A stretch of 37,877 nt of DNA from Hyphomicrobiales bacterium (lineage in GTDB: Bacteria; Pseudomonadota; Alphaproteobacteria; Rhizobiales; JALURZ01). The notes beneath the pieces are model-generated. The model did not search any database, was not told the DNA's origin, and saw nothing but the letters and a program-made list of their open reading frames with translations. The stretch covers positions 1 through 37,877 of the forward strand of contig JALURZ010000052.1 of the NCBI GenBank assembly GCA_027058735.1, read 5' to 3'. Each line of letters starts with the position of its first letter. Within the stretch, counting starts at the first letter, position 1. The position numbers and the translations under genes were made by a program. This document shows positions 16,870 through 25,774 of the stretch, one piece after another.

Positions 16870-17508
16870 GTGGCGGCCGGGGCAAGGTTCATCACGTTCG
16901 AAGGCGGGGAGGGCACCGGCAAATCAACCCAGGCCCGCCGTCTGGTCAAACGGCTGAACGGCGAAAAAATTCCGGTTGTGGCCACCCGCGAACCGGGCGG
17001 CTCGCCGGGCGGCGAGCAGATCCGCGCGCTGCTGGTGAGCGGTGACGCGGACAGGTGGTCGAGCCTGGCCGAAACCCTGCTGTTTTATGCCGCGCGCGAC
17101 GATCATCTGCGCACAACGGTCAGACCGGCTCTGTCCGGCGGGCGTTGGGTGGTCTGTGACCGTTTCTCCGATTCCACGCGGGCATATCAGAGCCTTGCGG
17201 GCGGTGCGGGAAGCGACCTCGTCGACCGGCTGGAGCAGGCCGTGGTGCGCGATACGGTTCCCGATCTCACGCTGATCCTCGACATCGATCCGCACACCGG
17301 TCTCGCCCGCGCCGCCGCGCGCGCGGGTCAAAACGATGCCCGCTTCGAAAGCAAGACGGCAGCCTATCACCAGACCGTTCGCGAGGCGTTTCTCTCGATT
17401 GCGGACAGGGCGCGGGAGCGCTGCGTCGTCATTGACGCCGGGGGCCCCATGGCCGACATTGAGCGCGAAATCTGGGCCATCGTGCATGCCCGGTTTCTCA
17501 AGGCCTGA
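16870..17508 (+). CDS. tmk: Thymidylate kinase
   Basis: P-loop FITFEGGEGTGKSTQ and DRFSDSTRAYQ. GTG start 5 nt after the upstream stop. 212 aa. Confidence 0.93.
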   Translation: MAAGARFITFEGGEGTGKSTQARRLVKRLNGEKIPVVATREPGGSPGGEQIRALLVSGDADRWSSLAETLLFYAARDDHLRTTVRPALSGGRWVVCDRFSDSTRAYQSLAGGAGSDLVDRLEQAVVRDTVPDLTLILDIDPHTGLARAAARAGQNDARFESKTAAYHQTVREAFLSIADRARERCVVIDAGGPMADIEREIWAIVHARFLKA

Positions 17509-17532
17509 TGCACAGGCAAAAGGCGGCTGACG

Positions 17533-18675
17533 ATGCCTGAACACAACGCGCCCGTGAACGATGCCTACCAGCCCGACTGCCTGCCGGGCATGCCGCATCC
17601 GCGCTCGGCTGCGGCGCTGTATGGCCACAGCAGGATCGAAGCGGACATCATTGGCGCGATCCATGGCGAAAAACTGCCCCATGCCTGGATCCTTGGCGGC
17701 GCACCCGGCATCGGCAAGGCCACCCTGGCCTACCGGTTTGCCCGGTTTCTGCTGGCTGGCGGGGCCGGCGGGAGGGCGGCAGCAAAAAAGGCCGACAGCC
17801 TTGCGATCGACCCAGGCGATACTGTTTTTCAACAGGTTGCCGCTGGAACGCATCCTGATCTGTTTGTCCTGCGCCGCACTTTCGATGAAAAGAAAAAACG
17901 CTGGCGCAAGGAGATCGGCGCGCATGATGTGCGGCGCGTGTCGCGGTTTTTCGCCCATACCTCCAACGCCAGCGGCTGGCGCATTTGCCTTATCGACAGT
18001 GCCGATGAGATGAACCGGACGGCCGCCAACGCGCTTCTCAAGGTGCTTGAGGAACCGCCGCGCCGCGGCCTGTTTGTGCTGATATCGAACAATCCGGGCC
18101 GGCTGCTGGCCACCATCCGTTCCCGCTGCCGGCTGGTGCGCCTCACGCCTGTCGGGGACGATCTGGTCAAACGGGTGCTGGAGCGGCTTACCAATAGGAA
18201 GGGGAAAAAACCGTCCGCGGACGAATTGACGGCGCTGGCCGCTTTATCGCGGGGCAGTCCGGGGCTTGCGGTCCGTCTGCACATGGACGGCGGATTGGCC
18301 ATGCAGGCGAAGATATCAAGGCTGCTGGACGGCCTGCCGGATCTCGACCGGGCAGGGGCGCTGGCGTTGTCGGCGGCCCTGTCGCGCGACAGCGCCGAAG
18401 GCGATTACCGGTTGTTCTGCACCCTGCTGAGCAACCAGATTGCCCGGGCCGTGCGGGCGGGGGCGATGGGAAACGGCGGCGGCGCGGACGCCGGCGATGC
18501 CGCCTTGTCCGAACGCCTGGGCATGAGTCGCCACCCGGAAATCTGGGCCGGCGCGTGGCGGAAATTCGAAGACGCCGTACGCCAGGCCGATGCACTCAAT
18601 CTCGACCGCCGTCAGGTTGTCCTCAATGCCCTGTTCGATCTGGAGGCGACGGCCCACCGGACGCTTGGCGGTTAG
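17533..18675 (+). CDS. holB: DNA polymerase III subunit delta prime
   Basis: HAWILGGAPGIGKATLAYRFARFLL (Walker-like), IDSADEMNRTAANALLKVLEEPP and FVLISNNPGRLLATIRSRCR. It sits in the conserved position between tmk and metG. Confidence 0.88.
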   Translation: MPEHNAPVNDAYQPDCLPGMPHPRSAAALYGHSRIEADIIGAIHGEKLPHAWILGGAPGIGKATLAYRFARFLLAGGAGGRAAAKKADSLAIDPGDTVFQQVAAGTHPDLFVLRRTFDEKKKRWRKEIGAHDVRRVSRFFAHTSNASGWRICLIDSADEMNRTAANALLKVLEEPPRRGLFVLISNNPGRLLATIRSRCRLVRLTPVGDDLVKRVLERLTNRKGKKPSADELTALAALSRGSPGLAVRLHMDGGLAMQAKISRLLDGLPDLDRAGALALSAALSRDSAEGDYRLFCTLLSNQIARAVRAGAMGNGGGADAGDAALSERLGMSRHPEIWAGAWRKFEDAVRQADALNLDRRQVVLNALFDLEATAHRTLGG

Positions 18676-18741
18676 CTCGCGCACGAGTTGACAGCACCCG
18701 GCGACATCCGTAAACGGGTCCATTCGCCCAACGGAGCATTC

Positions 18742-20295
18742 ATGTCGTCCGCCAAGACCTTTTACATTTCAACCGCGATTTCCTATCCCAACGGTCCGCC
18801 GCATATCGGCCATGCCTATGAGGCGCTGGCGAGCGACGCGCTTGCCCGCTTCAAACGGCTCGACGGTTTCAAGGTGTTGTTCGTGACGGGCACGGACGAA
18901 CATGGCCAGAAGATGCAGCAGACCGCCGCGGAAAGGGGCCTGACGCCGGCCCAGCTGGTCGCCGAAATGACCCCGCAATTCGAAGCGATGGTCAGCAGGC
19001 TGAACTGCTCCAACGATGATTTCGTGCGCACCACCGAGCCGCGTCATCACGGGGCATCGACCGCCATCTGGAACGCGATGGCGGCCAATGGCGATATCTA
19101 TCTGGACAAATATGCCGGCTGGTATTCGGTGCGCGACGAAGCCTACTACACGCAAACAGAGGTGACGACAGGCGAGGGGGGACAGAAAACCGGCCCCACC
19201 GGCACGCCTGTTGAATGGGTCGAGGAGGAAAGTTATTTCTTCCGCCTGTCGCGCTATCAGGACAGACTGCTGGCGCATTATGAGGCGCATCCGGACTTTG
19301 TCGGTCCCGGTACGCGGCGCAACGAAGTGGTCAGTTTCGTCAAGGGCGGGCTCGAAGACCTCTCGGTCTCGCGCACCAGCTTCGACTGGGGCGTGCCGGT
19401 GCCCGGTGCGCCGGGCCATGTCATGTATGTGTGGGTCGATGCGCTGACGAACTATCTCACCGGCGCCGGCTATCCCGACACCGGCGGGGAAAAATTCAAG
19501 ACCTTCTGGCCGGCCGATGTGCACGTCATCGGCAAGGACATTTTGCGCTTTCACGCGGTTTACTGGCCGGCCTTCCTGATGTCGGCGGGCATCGAACTGC
19601 CAAAACGGGTCTATGGGCACGGGTTTTTGTTCAACAAGGGCGAGAAGATGTCCAAGTCGCTTGGCAATGTCATCGACCCGATGGCGCTGGGGGATCATTA
19701 CGGCATCGACCAGATGCGCTACTTTTTTCTGCGCGAGGTGCCGTTCGGGCGCGACGGCAACTATTCGCACGACGCCATCGTCAATCGCATCAATGCCGAT
19801 CTCGCCAACGATCTGGGCAATCTTGCGCAGCGCTCCTTGTCGATGATCGCGAAGAACTGCGATGGCGCAATCCCGCGGCCGGGCGCCTTGGAGGAGGCCG
19901 AGCGGGCCATTCTGCAACACGCGGACGGGATCGTGGCTCAGGCGCGCGAGGCCATGGACCGGCAGGCCATTCACCGGGCGCTGGAAGCGATCTGGTCAAC
20001 GGTCGGGGAGGCCAACAGGTATTTTGCCGCCCGGCAGCCCTGGGTGCTGAAAAAAACCGACCCTGAGCGCATGGGCACCGTCTTGTACGTAACAGCCGAA
20101 GTGGTGCGCCAGATCGCCATCCTGGCCCAGCCGTTCATGCCCGAATCGGCGGCGAAACTGCTCGATCTTCTGGCAATCGAGGAGGCGGCGCGTGATTTCC
20201 AACACCTCGGCGGGGCAAACCGCCTGAAACCGGGCACGCGGATCCCGGCACCGCAGCCGGTCTTTCCGCGCTATGTCGAAACCGGGCGGGAGTGA
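18742..20295 (+). CDS. metG: Methionine--tRNA ligase (short form without C-terminal tRNA-binding domain)
   Basis: HIGH motif ([13 protein letters not shown]) and KMSKS motif ([10 protein letters not shown]). ATG 18742 is preceded by ACGGAG; the ORF-track start at 18688 adds an 18 aa extension that I consider unlikely. Confidence 0.93.
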   Translation: MSSAKTFYISTAISYPNGPPHIGHAYEALASDALARFKRLDGFKVLFVTGTDEHGQKMQQTAAERGLTPAQLVAEMTPQFEAMVSRLNCSNDDFVRTTEPRHHGASTAIWNAMAANGDIYLDKYAGWYSVRDEAYYTQTEVTTGEGGQKTGPTGTPVEWVEEESYFFRLSRYQDRLLAHYEAHPDFVGPGTRRNEVVSFVKGGLEDLSVSRTSFDWGVPVPGAPGHVMYVWVDALTNYLTGAGYPDTGGEKFKTFWPADVHVIGKDILRFHAVYWPAFLMSAGIELPKRVYGHGFLFNKGEKMSKSLGNVIDPMALGDHYGIDQMRYFFLREVPFGRDGNYSHDAIVNRINADLANDLGNLAQRSLSMIAKNCDGAIPRPGALEEAERAILQHADGIVAQAREAMDRQAIHRALEAIWSTVGEANRYFAARQPWVLKKTDPERMGTVLYVTAEVVRQIAILAQPFMPESAAKLLDLLAIEEAARDFQHLGGANRLKPGTRIPAPQPVFPRYVETGRE

Positions 20296-20301
20296 GCCAT
20301 C

Positions 20302-21108
20302 ATGTTCATTGTCGACAGCCACTGCCATCTGGACTATCCCAAACTGGCACCCGAAATAGACGGCGTGCTCGAGCGTGCGGCGCACGCCGGCGTCGGCCTG
20401 CTGGTCACCATCTCCACGCGGGTCAAACAGTTTGAAAGCGTGCTGGCGATCGCGGAGGCCCATGCCACGGTCTACTGCTCGGTCGGCACCCATCCGCACC
20501 ATGCCGCCGAAGAACCCGATGTGACCACCGCCCGGCTGGTCGAGTTGGCCAAACATCCCAAAGTCGTGGGGATCGGCGAATCCGGTCTCGACTATCATTA
20601 TGACAATAGTCCGCGCGACCAGCAGGCGGCGGGTTTCCGCGTTCACATCGATGCCGCCCGCGAGACCGGATTGCCGCTCATCATCCACTCGCGCGAGGCC
20701 GAAGACGACACCGCGCGCATATTGGAAGACGAGATGGGGAAGGGGGCGTTCAAACCCCTGCTCCACTGCTTCACATCGCGCGCGGCGCTGGCTGAACGCG
20801 CGCTGGCTCTGGGGGCCTGTATCTCGTTTTCCGGCATCGTCACATTCAACAACGCGGACGATCTCAGAAGGGTTGCCCAAACCGTTCCCGATGAGCGTAT
20901 CCTGGTGGAAACCGACGCGCCGTTTCTCACACCTGTTCCCATGCGCGGCAAACCCAACGAACCGGCCTATGTGCTCCATACGCTGCGCCGTCTGGCCGAA
21001 CTGCGCGGGGTGGACGAGACCGTCTTCGCACGGCGGACGAGCGAGAATTTCTTCCGCCTGTTTTCCAAGGTTCCCAAGCCCGCCGCCTTCACGACAAACG
21101 GCGCATGA
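20302..21108 (+). CDS. tatD: TatD family metal-dependent hydrolase
   Basis: MFIVDSHCHLDYP, GIGESGLDYHY, LPLIIHSREAEDD and ETDAPFLTPVP motifs. 268 aa. Confidence 0.9.
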   Translation: MFIVDSHCHLDYPKLAPEIDGVLERAAHAGVGLLVTISTRVKQFESVLAIAEAHATVYCSVGTHPHHAAEEPDVTTARLVELAKHPKVVGIGESGLDYHYDNSPRDQQAAGFRVHIDAARETGLPLIIHSREAEDDTARILEDEMGKGAFKPLLHCFTSRAALAERALALGACISFSGIVTFNNADDLRRVAQTVPDERILVETDAPFLTPVPMRGKPNEPAYVLHTLRRLAELRGVDETVFARRTSENFFRLFSKVPKPAAFTTNGA

Positions 21109-21902
21109 CGCTGCGCGTCACCATTCTGGGGTGCGGATCATCCGGCGGCGTGCCGCGCATCGGCGGCGACTGGGGCGTGTGCGATCCGGGCAACCCGAAG
21201 AACCGGCGCCAGCGTTGCTCCATCCTGGTAGAGCGCGTCACGGCCAAGGACAGGACCACGGTGCTGGTCGATACCACGCCCGACATGCGCAACCAGTTGC
21301 TGGCGGCCGGCGTCGGCACGCTCGACGGCGTTCTCTATACTCACGAACATGCCGACCATATTCATGGCATCGACGATCTGCGCGCGATCTCCTACGCCCG
21401 CCGCGCCCGCATCGATATATACGGCGATGAACGCACCCTCGACAAATTGCGCCGGCGGTTCGGCTATTGCTTCTCGACGCCCGCGGGCAGCAGCTATCCG
21501 CCGATCGTAAGCCCCACGGCGATCACGCCCTTCGTGCCGGTCACGATCAAGGGGCCGGGCGGGGATATCGCGGCACTGCCGTTCACCCAGCATCATGGGG
21601 ACTTGGATTCGCTTGGATTCCGCTTCGGCGGGCTTGCCTATTCCAGCGATGTGAAGGACATCCCGCCTGAAAGCGTCGAATGCCTGCAAGACCTGGATGT
21701 CTGGATCGTCGACGCCCTGCGCCCGAGCGAACATCCGACCCATTTCAGTCTGGACGACGCGCTCGGCTGGATCGAGCGCCTGCGCCCGCGCCGCGCCGTC
21801 CTGACCAATATGCACATCGACCTGGACTATGAGACACTGCGCAGGACGCTGCCCGGGCCGGTGGAGCCGGCCTATGACGGGATGAGGATCGATCTGGGGT
21901 GA
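21105..21902 (+). CDS. MBL-fold metallo-hydrolase (PhnP-like)
   Basis: HxHxDH motif in YTHEHADHIHGIDDL. The start overlaps the tatD stop (ATGA). 265 aa. Confidence 0.85.
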   Translation: MTLRVTILGCGSSGGVPRIGGDWGVCDPGNPKNRRQRCSILVERVTAKDRTTVLVDTTPDMRNQLLAAGVGTLDGVLYTHEHADHIHGIDDLRAISYARRARIDIYGDERTLDKLRRRFGYCFSTPAGSSYPPIVSPTAITPFVPVTIKGPGGDIAALPFTQHHGDLDSLGFRFGGLAYSSDVKDIPPESVECLQDLDVWIVDALRPSEHPTHFSLDDALGWIERLRPRRAVLTNMHIDLDYETLRRTLPGPVEPAYDGMRIDLG

Positions 21903-21960
21903 TTTTCACTCCCGTATCGGGGGCGTTAACGCCTGCGGGGCGCGCATCTATTATTTTCCA

Positions 21961-21974
21961 TAATATATATTATG
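21961..21974. repeat. Perfect 14 bp all-AT palindrome ATAATATATATTAT inside an AT-only island upstream of mazG
   Basis: Read directly. It is embedded in tctattattttccataatatatattatg (about 21948-21975), which is striking in a GC-rich genome. The function is unknown; a promoter or nucleoid-protein site is possible. Confidence 0.5.
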
Positions 21975-22106
21975 CGAATTCTCTTGATGGCGCGACCCAT
22001 CGCGGGGCGGTGGACAAAAGGCCCGGCACGCGCCCCTCACATTTGCCAGTGTTGCGCTGTGATGTATCACTGTGCGTGACACGGAACGCTCCTTGAGACG
22101 GGCAAG

Positions 22107-22952
22107 ATGGAAACAAAAGCAATGAAACGAGACGATGCGCCAGACGGCCTTGAGCGGCTGCGCGAAATCATGCGCGCCCTGCGCACACCGCAAACCGGCT
22201 GCCCCTGGGACATGGAGCAGACGTTTCGGAGCATCGCCCCCTACACTATCGAGGAGGCCTACGAGGTCGCGGACGCCATCGAGCGGGGCGATCTGGACAA
22301 CCTCAAGGAGGAGTTGGGGGATCTGCTCTTACAGGTGGTGTTTCACGCGCAGATGGCCGAGGAGGACGAGGCGTTTACGCTCAGCGACGTGGTCGCCGGC
22401 ATATGCGAAAAGATGGTGCGGCGCCACCCCCATGTTTTCGGCAGCAGGCAAGAACGCGCGCGCGGCGCAAAGCCGGGCTTTTGGGAGAATCTGAAAGCGG
22501 AGGAAAAGGCGGCCGCGCGCGCTGTGGCCGGCGATGAGGCCGAAGCTCCGCCAAGTGCGCTTGAGGGCGTGCCCCTCGCCCTGCCGGCCGTGCTGCGCGC
22601 GATGAAACTGCAAATGAAGGCGGCGCGCGCCGGCTTCGACTGGCCCGGCCCCTCGCCGGTCTATGACAAGCTCGAAGAAGAAATCGGCGAGCTTCGCGAA
22701 GCCGCCGGCGGGGGCGACCCGTCGCGCATCGAAGAGGAGATGGGCGATCTGCTGTTTGCGGCGGTCAATCTGGCGCGCCATCTCAAGGTCGATCCGGAAC
22801 GCGCCTTGCGGCGCGCAAACGCAAAGTTCACCGCGCGCTATCAGGCGCTCGAACGCCGGATTGCCGCAAAGGGCCGACGGCAAGGCGCAATGGACCTTGA
22901 GGAAATGGAAAAAATCTGGTCGCAGGTCAAACAATGGGAACGTGACGGTTAG
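22107..22952 (+). CDS. mazG: Nucleoside triphosphate pyrophosphohydrolase MazG
   Basis: Tandem MazG domains: LREIMRALRTPQTGCPWDMEQTFRSIAPYTIEEAYEVADAIE...LKEELGDLLLQVVFHAQMA, and a second EEIGELREA...EEMGDLLFAAVNLARHL. An alternative ATG lies at 22122. Confidence 0.9.
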   Translation: METKAMKRDDAPDGLERLREIMRALRTPQTGCPWDMEQTFRSIAPYTIEEAYEVADAIERGDLDNLKEELGDLLLQVVFHAQMAEEDEAFTLSDVVAGICEKMVRRHPHVFGSRQERARGAKPGFWENLKAEEKAAARAVAGDEAEAPPSALEGVPLALPAVLRAMKLQMKAARAGFDWPGPSPVYDKLEEEIGELREAAGGGDPSRIEEEMGDLLFAAVNLARHLKVDPERALRRANAKFTARYQALERRIAAKGRRQGAMDLEEMEKIWSQVKQWERDG

Positions 22953-24340
22953 AGTATCCGTCTTGGTCCGAGCGTATCGCCAAACCGCCGGTAGAACGCA
23001 CCCTTTCTGGACTCGCTCAGGCGCACGCTGATCGCCAGGCGCCCCTCCCCGTCATCGTCGCGCGCCAGGACATCGCAATGCTCATGCAGCCAGCTGACCG
23101 CCTCGCCGTTGCCGGCATCCAGCACGAGTTCCAGCGTGTCATCATGGCGTGCGAGCACGTCTTCGACACGCGCGCGCAATGTATCAAGCCCCTCGCCCGT
23201 GCGCGCGGAAATGACGATGGCGTTCTCGTTGCGCGACGCCAGATTGACAATCCGGGTTCGCTCATCGCCGCTCACCAGGTCGATCTTGCTCCACACTTCC
23301 AGTATTTTGCGCTGCTGCGTGTCGCCCAGGCCGAGATCGCCGAGGATCTGTTCGACATCGCCCGCCTGGGCCTCGTTGTCGGCATGGGACACATCACGCA
23401 CATGGATGAGCAGGTCGGCCTCGATGACTTCTTCAAGGGTCGCGCGGAAGGCGGCGACAAGCTGGGTCGGCAAATCAGAGATAAACCCCACTGTGTCCGA
23501 TATGATGGCGCGGCGGCCGCCGGGCAGGTCGATGCCGCGCATCGTTGGATCGAGGGTGGCGAACAGCAGGTCTTCGGCCTTCACGCCGGCCTTCGTGAGG
23601 TGGTTGAACAGCGTGGATTTTCCGGCATTGGTATAGCCGATGAGAGCGATGACGGGATAGGGAACCCGCTGACGGCTGGCGCGGTGCAGCGCGCGGGTGC
23701 GCGTGACCGTCTTGAGTTCCCGTTCGATGCGGGCAATGCGCGTCTGGATCATGCGGCGGTCGGCTTCTTTCTGGGTTTCGCCCGGACCGCCGACAAACCC
23801 CAGAGCGCCGCGCTGGCGTTCCAGATGCGTCCAGGAGCGCACCAGCCGGCTCTTCTGGTAGGACAGCTGCGCCAGTTCCACCTGCAGGCGCCCTTCCCGG
23901 CTCTGCGCCCGGCTTGCGAAAATTTCCAGAATGAGGCCGGTGCGGTCCAGCACCTTGATATTCCAGGCCCGCTCCAGATTGCGCTGCTGGCCCGGCGTCA
24001 GGTGAGAATCGAAGATCACCAGATCGCAGTCGAGCGCCAGCAAGGTGCCCCTGATTTCCCGCACCTTGCCCGAGCCGAGCAATGTCGCGGGGCGCGGCGC
24101 ACGCACGTTCACGACGATCTCGCCGGCGACCTGAAGATTGATGGCGCGCGCCAGTCCGCCCGCTTCCTCAAGCCGCGCCCGGGCCGGGCGCGGGGCGGAT
24201 GCCGGCTTTGCGCGTGCAACGAACGCCGGATGGACAATCAGGGCGCGGGTGGGATCGCGCCGGGTATCCCGCCATTTCCTTGAACGCGAAACCGGACGCT
24301 GAGCGAACTCCAGAGCGCGTGGGGCCTGTTGCGCTTTCAC
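22949..24340 (-). CDS. hflX: GTPase HflX
   Basis: G1 motif GYTNAGKSTLFN, DTVGFI and the N-terminal HflX domain. The only in-frame start is a GTG directly abutting the hfq stop. 463 aa. Confidence 0.9.
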   Translation of the reverse strand: MKAQQAPRALEFAQRPVSRSRKWRDTRRDPTRALIVHPAFVARAKPASAPRPARARLEEAGGLARAINLQVAGEIVVNVRAPRPATLLGSGKVREIRGTLLALDCDLVIFDSHLTPGQQRNLERAWNIKVLDRTGLILEIFASRAQSREGRLQVELAQLSYQKSRLVRSWTHLERQRGALGFVGGPGETQKEADRRMIQTRIARIERELKTVTRTRALHRASRQRVPYPVIALIGYTNAGKSTLFNHLTKAGVKAEDLLFATLDPTMRGIDLPGGRRAIISDTVGFISDLPTQLVAAFRATLEEVIEADLLIHVRDVSHADNEAQAGDVEQILGDLGLGDTQQRKILEVWSKIDLVSGDERTRIVNLASRNENAIVISARTGEGLDTLRARVEDVLARHDDTLELVLDAGNGEAVSWLHEHCDVLARDDDGEGRLAISVRLSESRKGAFYRRFGDTLGPRRIL

Positions 24341-24589
24341 TTACCCGCCGGCCTCTTCGTCGCTGTCGAAAAGCTGGATGGGCTGGCCGGGCATGATTGT
24401 CGAGATCGCATGTTTGTAGACCAGTTGCGAAATGCCGTCGCGGCGCAGCAACACACAGAAATTATCGAACCACGTGATAACGCCCTGGAGTTTTACGCCA
24501 TTGACGAGAAAAACCGTGACCGGAAACTTGTTCTTGCGAACATGATTCAGAAATGTGTCCTGAAGATTGTGGTTTTTTTCCGCAGCCAT
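24341..24589 (-). CDS. hfq: RNA chaperone Hfq
   Basis: [67 protein letters not shown] carries the canonical Sm1/Sm2 motifs. ATG 24589 gives 82 aa; the ORF-track start at 24643 is an unlikely extension. Confidence 0.95.
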   Translation of the reverse strand: MAAEKNHNLQDTFLNHVRKNKFPVTVFLVNGVKLQGVITWFDNFCVLLRRDGISQLVYKHAISTIMPGQPIQLFDSDEEAGG

Positions 24590-24901
24590 GCCGTTTCCCG
24601 GGTTTTCGCAACGGCTTTGTACCGTGATCGAACCGCCGCACATCAGTTGATCTCAACAAGCAATTCGGCGCGGGACCTCACTATCGGCCAAACTGCTTTT
24701 GTCTATTATTAGACGCGATTTTGCGCCCTTCCCGCAAGGCCATTTGTTTGCCCGCCTGCCGGGAGGTGCGCCGTCTATGGGTGTGCACAGAATGAGAAAC
24801 TGGTTCCAGTAATACTTATACTTTATTGTTTTATGGTGTTTTTTGCAATGCCAAAAATGACAATATCACGACCGCGGTGCGCATTCGGGCCGTGAAGAAA
24901 T

Positions 24902-25759
24902 TTACGACAGTTCGACCGCGTCGGCAAACAGCGCGCCCAGCCGCCCCGCTATCGAGCCGATCTCGCCATTGGCGATGATCCGTTCATCGATCTGCACGAC
25001 CGGCATCACGACGGACGTCGTGGCGGTCAAAAAGGCCTCGCGCGCCTCATAGGCCTCCTTGAGCGTGAACGGGCGTTCCTCCACGCTCATGCCTTCGCGT
25101 CGCGCAAGATCGAGCAGAACGGCGCGGGTGATGCCGTGCAGGATTCCCTGCTGCGCCGGATGGGTGATCAAGGCGCCGCCGTTGTCGATGATCCACGCAT
25201 TCGCCGCCGCGCCTTCCGTGATAAATCCGTTCTCATCGACGAACCAGGCCTCCTTGGCGCCCGCCTGGCCGGCCTGCTGGCGGGCCAGAACATTCGCCAG
25301 CAGCGACACCGACTTGATGTCCGGGCGTTTCCAGCGGGTTTCGGGCACCGTGATGACCTTGATCCCCGTGGCCGCGGCGGTGCGGGCGTGGTCTTTGTTT
25401 TTCGGGCGCACGGTCACGACCACGGCCGGATCGCAGCCGTTCTGGGGAAAGCCGTGATCGCGCGGCGCAACGCCGCGGCTGACCTGCAGATAGACAAAGC
25501 CGTAGCGCGCCCGGTTCCTGCGCACGGTTTCGCGCAACACATGGCCGAGTGCCGCAGCGCTCATGGGGATGGCCATGCGGATTTCGCGCAAGGAGCGTTC
25601 CAGGCGCTGCATGTGGCGGCGTTCCTCCACCAGCTTGCCCTTGTAGATCTCGATGACCTCGTAAACGCCATCGCTGAACTGATAGCCGCGATCTTCGATA
25701 TGGACGCATCCGTCGCGATGATGGACATAAGCGCCATTGACATAGGCTATTCGTGTCAT
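24902..25759 (-). CDS. dat: D-amino-acid aminotransferase (class IV PLP aminotransferase)
   Basis: MTRIAYVNGAYVHHRDGCVHIEDRGYQFSDGVYEVI and the EGAAANAW/GILHGITR motifs of fold-type IV aminotransferases. It sits in the conserved position upstream of hfq in Rhizobiales. The D-amino-acid versus branched-chain specificity is inferred. Confidence 0.8.
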   Translation of the reverse strand: MTRIAYVNGAYVHHRDGCVHIEDRGYQFSDGVYEVIEIYKGKLVEERRHMQRLERSLREIRMAIPMSAAALGHVLRETVRRNRARYGFVYLQVSRGVAPRDHGFPQNGCDPAVVVTVRPKNKDHARTAAATGIKVITVPETRWKRPDIKSVSLLANVLARQQAGQAGAKEAWFVDENGFITEGAAANAWIIDNGGALITHPAQQGILHGITRAVLLDLARREGMSVEERPFTLKEAYEAREAFLTATTSVVMPVVQIDERIIANGEIGSIAGRLGALFADAVELS

Positions 25760-25774
25760 CGTGTTGTCAGCCCT

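Noticed and set aside
21945-22025. An AT-rich island plus GTGGACAA (a DnaA-box-like sequence) as a possible replication origin or DNA-unwinding element.
   Set aside because: There is only a single imperfect box (7 of 9 positions), no cluster of boxes, and none of the flanking genes usually associated with alphaproteobacterial origins.
21973-22080. A small 35-codon ORF in the mazG upstream region encoding MRILLMARPIAGRWTKGPARAPHICQCCAVMYHCA, with 5 Cys in the last 11 residues (reminiscent of a RiPP or metal-peptide precursor).
   Set aside because: There is no Shine-Dalgarno sequence, since the ATG sits inside the AT palindrome. There are no maturation or transport genes nearby, and ORFs of this length arise by chance. 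It is worth a glance only if ribosome profiling shows occupancy.
24834-24847. A TGGTGT...TTGCA string resembling a sigma54 -24/-12 promoter upstream of hfq.
   Set aside because: The GG-to-GC spacing is two bases too short. It also lies on the plus strand pointing into the 3' end of dat, not towards hfq.
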